DNA from: Daphnia carinata
Taxonomy: Eukaryota
Direction: 5' to 3'
NCBI RefSeq assembly: GCF_022539665.2
Contig: NC_081333.1
Span: forward strand, 11,222,001-11,286,000
Length of the DNA stretch: 64,000 bases
The notes beneath the pieces are model-generated. The model was not told the origin of the DNA. It ran no database searches and was given only the letters and a program-made list of their open reading frames with translations. Shown here piece after piece: positions 1 through 10,114 of the stretch. Position 1 is the first letter of the stretch. Each line of letters opens with the position of its first letter. A program made the translations under genes and the position numbers.

Positions 1-1351
1 TGTCGGCACGAAAGGCTGAAAATGAATAATCCAACGCGTTTTGTTTATAATGAAATAATAGCTATTGTTTACCTGTACAGCAAAACTTCTCGACGTACTA
101 GCAGCTTTCAGCAACATATCTGCTGACGACTGAATCTTATGTATTATGGCATCTTCGTTCAGGAAATGCACCTCGTGCTTGGTGGGATGAACATTAACGT
201 CGACGCAATTGGGAGCAATTTCTATGCTCAAATAAACGAAAGGGTGTTTTCCTTTAGCGAGATAAGTTGCATAGACGCTATCCAGTGCTCTCTTTACAAA
301 AAAAATAAATAAATGAATAAAAAAAGGCAAGTAAAATAATAATAATTGACATTAAAGTACAACCAGACTTATACATAACGAGAAAATTCTTAGTTCACCT
401 TCAGCGGCGTAGATTCCACAAGGCGGTGGTTTATGAATAACAGTATGGTGAATTTCGTTCCGGAATAGTCAACATTGGATATCAGGCCGTTTACTTGGGT
501 TATTTGAAACAAAATTGTTACTTATGCCATTACATTCTCCCCAATCAAACAGGGTTACCTTTAACTTTAAGACTTGGGTCTTCTACTTGAAGTTTAATTA
601 AATCTTTAGCCACAGCATGTCCGTAGAGAATTCTGATGTTATCTTCTTGTGTTGAATTTGGAGATGTCCTCACATCTGACCCATTATCATTTAACTTCTT
701 TAGGCTGAATCCAACTGAAGCATTGTGCACAGCAAATCGAGTGACAACTTCTATAATTCTGTTATGCTCCTCTGAAGGAGATCTCAGAGAATTCTTTCGA
801 GTAGGAACATTATAAAAAAGGTCTTCTACCACTATTTGAGTACCCTGTATGAAAAAATTCTACCTGTAGTGTCGGCATCAGTAGGTTGGTAACACAGAAA
901 TTACCTGTGTTCCTGCACACGGTTTGGGTGCTCCAACAAGCTTTCCATCATGATAGGAACATTTGTAAGCACATTGCATTTCACTGGTTTTGGTTATGAT
1001 TGTCAAATGGGCAACATGTGAGATAGACGCCAATGCTTCCCCTCGAAACCCAAAAGTACCAATGGCATTCAGGTCTTCAAATTTTTGCAGTTTACTAGTA
1101 GTGAAACGTTCGCATACAATCGCAAAATCTTCCTTATTGATTCCACTTCCATTATCTTGAATCTTCAATAGTTTCAGACCACCGTCTTTCACGGTCACTT
1201 GAATCGATGTAGAACCCGCATCCAAACAATTCTCCAACATTTCCTTGAGGGCATTTGCAGGTCGTTGAATAATTTCTCCAGCCGCAATTCGATTGACAAC
1301 AGTCTCATCTAATTTTAAGATATTCTTGGGCCTTTTGTTTGATTTTTCCAT
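1..1351 (-). CDS. MLH1: DNA mismatch repair protein MLH1, 5' part (N-terminal GHKL ATPase and transducer domains); gene continues off the left edge
   Basis: ATG at 1351 ([46 protein letters not shown]), MutL signature [17 protein letters not shown], then [23 protein letters not shown] and [17 protein letters not shown]. Exons built by hand with GT-AG junctions: 1351-905, 844-559, 493-399, 291-73, 15-1. Confidence 0.97.
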
Positions 1352-1684
1352 TTTTAAGCGGGAACAGAGTGTTAATTCAGTCAAACCCTGATCAAACCAC
1401 AAAACAGGTTTTTGTATTTTTTTTTTCAAGCAAGCTATTGCGCTGTTGCCGGCTAAGCTTTACGCGCTAGCAATAACAAGATCCGGCAACGCAAGCAAAC
1501 CTGATGATTACCCTTAGGCTATGTCAAAGGCTGACAAAGTTGAATGCCCTGATAAATTTGTAAAAACAATTATTTAAAATTATATTGTACCATGAATTCC
1601 GCTAGCAATTTTCGCTAGCAGAGCCGAGTGAATTACAGTTCTTGTGGGCTTTTGCGACATCATAGAAAATTCTGACCTATTATC
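1352..1684. promoter_or_regulatory. Bidirectional promoter / 5' UTR region shared by MLH1 and MED1
   Basis: Only 333 bp separate two divergent ATGs. Contains three CGCTAGCA copies (1465, 1600, 1613) and an inverted pair GTTGCCGG/CCGGCAAC (1445-1452, 1483-1490). Confidence 0.75.
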
Positions 1685-4600
1685 ATGAGTGAGACCAACA
1701 AAAAGATGCAGCTAGAGCTGCTCATGGAAAAGCTAAGGCACAAAACAAGCCACCTAAATTTAACAGATAGCGCCAAAACTTTTCGAATGACAATATTGGT
1801 AATCAGAAGTTTAATGCATACTATGCTTAAGATTTGTTAATCATTCTGGGTTACAGGAAAAACGCTATAACAATGATACAGTGGAAAAATTACAGTACCA
1901 AAAATGTCTCGATCTGTTGCAAACCAACATGAAAGTCACCTCATTGCAGTCAATGCTTGAAAGGCTGGAAAGCATATCTAGACAAGCAGGGTAAAAGACC
2001 ACCTTCAAGACTTATATATAGCCTTGTAAATGCATGTATCCATGTTCTAAACATGCTTATCTTTCATGCAGGTTAAAATTTACAGCTGATGGTTCAGGCC
2101 GAGCATTTTTCATTTCTTCAGATATGTTCTATCTTGAAGTAATTGTTGAACAAGGTGGCTCGGTTTGTGAAGTACATATTCAACATGAAGGGAAAAGTGA
2201 GCCCCAAACATGTAATGAAATTGCTGTCTGTCTGAACTCTGGAAATTTTTCAAAATTTACCAACCACCTTCAGGTAAGAAGAATGGCAACCAATCCTGTT
2301 ACTTGTTTTACTCTTCCCCAGTACCTTTAACTTCATTTATTTAAAGAAGTTCTTTCTTTTTTACAAACAATAACAAAAAATGTCCAATACTTTCAGGGCT
2401 TGTGTGCCATTTATCAAGTGAGTGCAGATAAGAAGCTGAAAGCCAAAGCTTTTGCTGCTTTAAGTGCGCTAGAATTAGACCTGGGTTCAATGTCAAAACT
2501 TCAAGTTTACAGGCAAGACATTGCCACACTTGTTCACAAATCACCCCTTGGCATTGTAATGCAAAGAGTAGGAGGATTGCCACTCACCCTTACCTACTTT
2601 CTTTCTCCCTACGACCTCGTGAATGTGCAATCTCCAACACTCACCATGACACTGGACAAAATCCTCGAGAAAAATGCTGGACTTTCTTGCACGATTGGAA
2701 TTGACAGCGCTAACAATTATCAGCTACCGGTAAGGTCACAAAGCTGTGTCTCATTGACCTGTTAACTATACTTTGCTGTTTATTCAGATTTCACCACTGT
2801 TCTCTGTCACCCGAAACTCAGACGGGGAAAGCGTGCCTGCGTTCTCACCTCTTAACGCTGTTAATAGTGCATCCTTACCGGCAACTTTTGTTCTACGTAT
2901 GCGTGACCCATTAGTACTGTGTTTTTCATTTGCCCAGCAAATAAAGGTAATAATTATATTGTTTCAATTTTCTTCTCCGTTTAAAATTCCTTCACTTTAA
3001 TTTTGCAGTCTATTACTGGAATGGAAGTAGGAAACTGGGATCAACCTGAATATTTATTTTGGTCTTTGATCAAAACGGTATCAAAAGGTCTCATAGAATC
3101 CTCTGGAATTGAAGACGGGATCTGTCGGGCGCTTCATGTGACTTTACCTGATCAGCAGCATAGCTATTTTATCACTGAAAGCGAAGATACTGCGTTGAAG
3201 TGTTGCTCTGTTAGCTCCATTCCATTTAGGTAGATATACTAGTTTCCTTTTAAGCTCCACATCCTAATTCACGAATTTGCGTTTTCGTTTAGTCATCCGT
3301 CACATGTACCGCAAATTCTTGCCATTCTCAGAAGACAAGGGCTGCTAAACGCGCTGCTTTCGTCGTGCATTCGCCCCAAAAGTCAATCGGACTCGGATGC
3401 TGCATTGACTTTTGAAATCAATTCAATTGCTCTTGACCACATGTCTGTAACATTTGAACATCCGCTTTTAGAGCAGATGTGCTCCGTGGAAATTGATTTA
3501 GGCATGGATCCTACTTGTATACGATGCAGTCTGTTTGGAGCTGAGGATGAGAGGACATCAAGCGACGAATATGCTACGCGAGTGTTACAGCGGTGCTTAT
3601 CCATTCCAGTTACAATGCGAGCTATTTTGCGTCAGGTAGATTTACATATTATTCAACTGGTAATTGTGCTCAAATGCATTTTTCTTTGAAATTTAGATGC
3701 AGTCTCCGTCTTCACGGTGGGCAAATGGACCTGGAGACCCTCAAGGATCATTTGAACGACGTTTTCAGACGCACATCAACGGGGATTCAGATTCCCACAC
3801 CGGATCCAATGGGCAGTATGGCAACCCATCGTTTACAGGCGGAAGCGGTGGCGGAGGATTCGATGGTGGCCATTCACCCAGAACCCACAACATTGGAAAT
3901 AGCGACGTCATGATGCATCAGTCGATGTCAAACCCTCATGCATCAACTCCAAAAGAAACCGAGAACGAGTCTTTCAATGGAGAAATGGAGCAGCCAGGGG
4001 AAGTAGTCTCTCTTGCCGAAGATGGTACATCAGCGAACCGAAGTAACTGACTCGAAAACACCAGTCCTCCGCTAATTTTAATTTTAATTTTATTGGTTGT
4101 CAGTCATTTGTTTACTATAAAGTCGCGAATTAAAGTTATCTCAGTAAACAACTGTATCCCTTTCGTTAATTTTGAACCCGTCTTTTCCTTCAGGTAAAGG
4201 TCAGTTTCTTCCGGCGTCCGAAGCGAGATCTTCTACTTCTACACTAGGGAATGCTGATCTTACAAAATATAGGTGTGCAAGTAACAGATTATATACCACC
4301 TTCATGATTCACCAAATTATTTGTGTGGTCTCATTATATAGTGTCAACTCTCATTCATCGGATTCAATACTGGGCATTACTTTGAACAATTCCTCGACGC
4401 AGTTCAACCCGGTTCGTAGACTCAACAACGATGTATCTTTGAAATCTGAGACGGTGGACATGGAGGTCAGCGTACTGGAACCTACGACAGAGAATAACCA
4501 AAGTGTTACAGAAGATGCTGATTCCCTGTCGTCGAACGATGCAGTTGCATCTCTATTGAACGTCTCAAAGAATAGAGAGTCACCATCTCCGAAAAACAAA

Positions 4601-6894
4601 TCTGCTTACCCGTCTGTCAGCATCACACCCGTAACTTCCTTACACACGAGTTCGCTCGCTACCGCTTATCCAAACATTAACTTGGAACGACGGCCCGGAA
4701 TTGAGATCATTCCTTTCAGCAAAGATCAGTCCTCGAGTATCCCAAGCTCGCTGACCATCACTCCGGTAGGGGGTAAACCGGCCAAGGATAAGAGCAAGTA
4801 CAAGGATTTCCGCTTGAAAGAGAGTCTCAGCGCTCCTGATTCCGACACGAAGGAGAGGGATCGCGAAAAGGAACGAGAAAGGAAAGAAAGGAAACGCCGA
4901 CGAGAAGGAGAAAAATCGCCTTCAAGTGGCAGTGGGGGAAAACCAACAAAGATGATGAGCCTAAGTGCTACCCTAATGGGGCCACCCGGAGCTCTATTGA
5001 AATTGGATTCCAGTCCGAAACTAAGCCATAAAAATAATAGCAGTGGAAGTAACAGCGGATCTACACCACCCGCAAATACCAACCAGAGCCCTCTAACTTC
5101 CCCTTCAAAATCCAGCAGCAAAAGTTCGACGCCATCCAGCAGCCCTAAACACCCTAGTTCTGGCGGTAAGCCATCAATGTCAGCTCTGTCAATGTCGGCT
5201 CTGAAATGTAAGTAGTTTAGATGATATTTCTTTAATATGATGAATTTATGGCAATATAAATATGACATGTTTTTAAAGCTGCTGCATCCTTATTCACAGG
5301 TTCAACATCGCCGTCTTCAAAATCAAAGAAGAGCAAAGACAGAGATCGCGAAAGAAGTGACAAGGACCGAGACAGAGACAAGGATCGAGAACGAGATCGC
5401 GACAAAGACCGAGATCGGGACAGAGAAAGAGACAAAGATCGATCGAGAGATCGCGAAAAAAAATCGCGTACACCGACTCCAACATCCAATCACCATAGTC
5501 GTGGCCCACCTTTGCTCAAGACCAAGTCGCTTGATTTCGCCTTAGCCGTTGAAGACAAATCGGAAGAAACCAAAGAGGACAACAGTTTCGATTCCATTCT
5601 AGCCCTGGCTACGGCTAACAGGTACTAACTTGTGATGCCTTCTGATAAACGAAGGGATATAAATGTCGTCTATCTCTTAGCGAAATGTTGCCATCTCAAC
5701 TGGATTTGCAAAGCTCTATTCATGCGGTCACCCAGGAGCTTCTATCCTTCTCACCTCCAACCCTGTCCGGTAAGTGTACGTTTGAACTGTTTCTTCATTA
5801 CAAAATCATCATTTCGTGTTGTCTTGTAAATTAGATTCTGAAAATGGCAAGGTTAGTGGTAGCACTGGGTTGCCAGCGGACGGTTCGATGTCGTGTCCGT
5901 CTTCGGGCAATCCTAACAAATCACCTTTACGATCAAGAAAAAGTTCGCTATCGGCCGTCATAGATAAGCTTCGGTTGCAACATAATCCAGAATCGGACGT
6001 TTTTCAGAACAGCGGTAAGGCACTACCTGCATAAAAACTTGCATTTTATTCGTTTTTTTTTCTTACTTATTTCATATTTTCAATGATAATTAGGGCCCAA
6101 GTATAGTGCTGATCCAGCATCGAGGATGGAACAATCAGAGGTTAGTTATAATCGCATGGAAATCCAACTTCATGTGATGCATTTAACCCGTGAAATTTAA
6201 CAACGAGCAGGGTCGTTCCAGCTTCATGGATGAGTTAATGGAAGAAAGTGATTCATCTGCCAGTCCAAAGACTAACGATGTCGAGGACAATATGCATTTC
6301 AATAGGATCCATTCGGGTAGCAATTCTCCAAATGATCCATTTTCTCAGGGTAAATAGCCTTAAGTAATTGAAACGATCAATTTTAATTTAGAAAAAAAAA
6401 ATGTCCTATTAAAATTGTAGAAGACAGTGGCATTAACGAGACGACTGACGCACATGAAGGGGAATTTAACGGAGATTCTTTGCCTGACAAGGAGTTCGTT
6501 AAACCGTTCCCGCCTCCTTCCTCTCGCGGAACATACGGTATTCGACAACACGGGTACCTGTCGAATTCGGAGGCTGATCTGAATCCTAACTCGCCATCCG
6601 TATCTGTACACATTGTAAATGTTCCTTCTCCTCTAGCTTTACAGCAAACGAGGTAAAGACAATGTAAATGCTTGAGGTCGATTGGTCTTGTCTTCCTTTT
6701 CGCACTTTGGTGTGTTTGAAACATCAGAGTAATTTGAGCGATCTTCTTCATGTAGATCTCCTTTAGCCAATCAACTTGCTCTTGTTACGGCCGCTAGCGG
6801 CGGACCATCACCAGCGTCGAGTACCTCTCAAAGCTCGCCGTGCATGATTGATGACGACCTAATGGATGAAGCCCTAGTCGGCCTTGGGAAATGA
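1685..6894 (+). CDS. MED1: Mediator of RNA polymerase II transcription subunit 1 (multi-exon)
   Basis: Exon 1 1685-1798 (MSETNKKMQLELLMEKLR...). Med1-domain segments FISSDMFYLEV, FTNHL, LTLTYFLSPYDL, HPSHVPQILAILRRQ, HMSVTFEHP and VLQRCLSIPVTMRAI. Ser-rich low-complexity region, KDRDRERD repeat (~5335-5460), RKSSLSAVIDKL, and C-terminus CMIDDDLMDEALVGLGK-stop (TGA 6892-6894), which matches the MED1 C-terminal motif. Confidence 0.94.
5335..5462 (+). repeat. Coding Asp/Glu-Arg/Lys alternating-charge repeat in MED1
   Basis: Translates as KDRDRERSDKDRDRDKDRERDRDKDRDRDRERDKDRSRDREKK; explains the spurious RS/SL-rich antisense ORFs here. Confidence 0.9.
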
Positions 6895-8662
6895 TCAATG
6901 CCAACACTTGTCTCGAGTTGGAAAATAAACTCAAGTACATCAAACGTCTGTCTTCTCCTTCATTAAACCAGATTTTCCTACTGAGCGTAGCAAACGTATT
7001 TCACTGTTTTAGACATGTTAAAAAGAAACCCGTTCCAGGCACAATCAACATATTCAAATGGGGCGTGAATCAGTTGCAAAGCGATCGGGAGTGATGTTCC
7101 TTTGAAGAAGATGTTCTTTTATTAACAGAGCAAAAGACATGGTCTTTGTGAATCGCCTTCTTTTTTCTTGTTCCACGACTTTACAGCCCGAGTTGACGTC
7201 GGTAACAGCGAGGTAAATATATACTGCCAAGGGACGAATGCTAGATTCGCAGTGTTCATGAATAATAAAAAAGTAGAAGCCATTAATAATAACAGCTGAC
7301 TCGGATGCACTCATACAGAAAAAAAGTTAGGTTTGTTTCGAAGTATTCATCTTTTTTTTTCCTTCTTCTGAGTTCATGACTCTTTCCGTAAATTCAAAAT
7401 GATCCTGTAGGTAAAACAAATAAAGGAAAACTTTGCCAGCTACTGCGAAGGAAACGGCATGGCTGAGTACATCAAACTTTTAATCGATACGTTTAGAAAA
7501 TACGCTGTTTATGTTGTCAAACTAATGACATGGTGCTCGCACTCGTTACCACATATGTCTGTTAGAAGATCAACGGGTTAAGCCAAGAACATAGATGCAC
7601 ATTCGTGCCGAGGAACTTGATTCCTTTGGACACCGTGTTATTGTAAATAATCGTTCTGTTGCTGTTGCGATGGATCTACGAGAAAAAATGGCGCTTGGTT
7701 CTCCGAGTTAGTGGGATTCGGGAGTAAGAAAGAAACTGGAGCGTATTCAGGAAAGTGGATGCGTACACAACTTTTATGTCCAACGCCTCTCTCTCTTCGA
7801 TCGATGAGTTTGTTGCCTTGAAAGCATCGCAGCTGCATTGAACCATATCGTATATGCCGTTCACCAGTTCTGGACACATTTGTGATTTTTTTTTTACTGG
7901 GACTACCTTCCAGCAAATTACGAAAACGAAAGGCAGCAGGTGATTAACGAAATATAGCTCCACTAAGTAACCGTTTTTCTAAACTTATGGCAGGATGTGA
8001 CAGAAGTATTACTTCGTTTTCATAAAACTTGCTAAATTAGTTGTCAAGCCATGTATAATCCAACCTGCACAAGTGCACATGTGTTCCAAGTTCCAACGCT
8101 GAAATTACTTTTTTTTTTTATGAAAATGGTTAGATCAGAGCACCTACCAATCGTGGCCGCAAGGTTTGCGGCTATCTCGGAGAACTGCAATGTACTTTTT
8201 GTGTAGCAAGTTCAATTAGTTACTAGGTGACATCCAATTGCAATGCTTGCTTGCCTACTGCTTAGAGATAACATGCTGCTGTTTACTGAACTGGGAGATA
8301 AGGCTAAAAAGTTTCCAATCTTTTAATAACGATTTATGAACGTTTTTCAGTTCACCTTCACGATAAAGTATTTTTAGTTTGCTACATTTGAATTTCAAGT
8401 AATAACTTAAATGATTTAAACTTTACATTATAATAAACTAAAAATTTTTGCACACTTGATTGCACACACGCTGTAAAAATTGGCATTGCTGTTTCGTTAG
8501 TCAACGTTTACATTTGCAAACGTCAGTCATTTTTATTTCAGTGTGAGGCCCGTTGTCGGTAAAACGGAACGTGAGGAAGCAATCCATCAATCCAGCTCAG
8601 TTTCTGTTACGCATTGTAGGTGTCCCTGGTTTCCTCCTTTCGCGTGTTGCAAAAACACGAAC

Positions 8663-10114
8663 ATGGATGTTAGACAGCCTTTAGTTTTAGCTGCCGGAGT
8701 TGGAGTGGGCCTTCTTACTGCCGCGGCTGCCTACAAACTTTACATGACATCTTTGCAGATGAAGAATTCCAAGCAATTAGTTAAGGGGTGGAAGGCGTGT
8801 GGCGTAGTAAGTCAAATCCACATTTTCCCCATCAAATCATGTCAAGGAATACAAGTGAAGGAGGCTGATGCTTGTGAAATGGGCCTCGTCAATGGAGAAC
8901 TGCAGGACAAGTATATCAAAATAACTTTCAAGTATTTGTATGGTAAAAACAGTGTTACAATGTGATCACAGGTCATTTTTGGTTGTCAACGAAAACAACA
9001 ATTTTTTGCATGCTCGGATTCATCCAACAATGCTCTTGATTAAGGTGTCCATCAGTGGAAACAAAGTAGAATTGACAGCACCCAGCACAGAACCAATTAC
9101 ATTTCCAATTCTTCCTCAATCAGGAACAAAAGTCAAAGTTAGGTTTGTATGTAGTTTTTCCTAATAAGTATTGATGGTAATAATATTGTTTTTCAATAAA
9201 ATACAAACAAAACTGTTGTGCACCATAGGGTTTGGGGAGATGAAGTAGCTGCTTTTGATTGTGGTGATCAGGCAGCTCATTGGTTATCACAATACATTTT
9301 CCAAAAAGATTCCGGTGCGAGACTGGTTCATTTACCGTACAGTCACGTGTCTCCTCGCCCTCTGAAACCCAAATCATGGCTTCCCTGGATGAGGAAAACA
9401 GACGGGGTAAATAATGATACACCTATACATTTAAGTTAACTAATCAAACAGATATGTGAGTGTTGATTGATTTTATTACTCATTGCAACATAGGCGGTGT
9501 TTTCCGATTTGACTCCATTCCACCTACTATCCACCGAGTCCGTTCAAGATTTGAATTCTCGGCTATCGGACGGGAAAGAAGTCTCAACACTTAACTTCCG
9601 CCCAACCATCACCATCAGCGGATGCCAGCCTTACGAGGAAGATGAATGGAGATTTATACGTATTGGCGAGAAAGCTGTATTCCGCTACGTCAAGGGTTGT
9701 GATCGGTAAACGTCCATTCCCGTAACAAAAAACCTGCCATATGACTTATCTTTGTTGATTTATTTATAGATGTCTATTAACTACGATTGATCCAGCAACT
9801 GGAATCAAAGACCCTGAACAAGAACCGTTACGAACTTTACGAAAGTATGTATAGCCAGTGCTACGTTCTTTTGTTACCACTTCAATATGTTTGTTTGCCT
9901 GCGCAATCTTATCTTTTGCCTTTGTTTTTCTTCCCTCTTGTTTCATTCTCTCCCGTGTTTCTTTCTCTATACCATCCAATGTAGATATCGTCTGGCGGAG
10001 GATCCCGAGTTGCGTAGGGGCATCGGTGAGGCCCCCCTCTTGGGAATCAATTTATCTCTGGACCAACCGGGCCGGATCCGTGTAAGTGATGTTGTCTACG
10101 TCGGCCAACTGTAA
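8663..10114 (+). CDS. MTARC: Mitochondrial amidoxime-reducing component (MOSC-domain molybdoenzyme, mARC), 6 coding exons
   Basis: N-terminal anchor (LVLAAGVGVGLLTAAAAYKLY), MOSC_N motif IHIFPIKSC, DCGDQAAHWLS, FSDLTPFHLLSTESVQDLNSRL, NFRPTITISGC..EEDEW and Moco-ligating GCDRCLLTTIDPATG, ending GRIRVSDVVYVGQL-stop. GT-AG introns, e.g. 8911-8971 and 9845-9984. Confidence 0.95.

Noticed and set aside
4351..5545. Overlapping RS-, SL- and Leu-rich ORFs around the MED1 low-complexity exons
   Set aside because: Alternate-frame and antisense readings of Ser-rich and DR-repeat coding sequence.
1685..6894. Idea that the MLH1 neighbour is MBD4 (alias MED1), a known MLH1 interactor
   Set aside because: Name coincidence only; the protein has Mediator-1 motifs and no MBD or glycosylase domain.
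7638..7963. Two overlapping minus-strand ORFs of 92 and 95 aa between MED1 and mARC
   Set aside because: No recognisable domain, non-ATG starts and no coherent splice structure that I could build.
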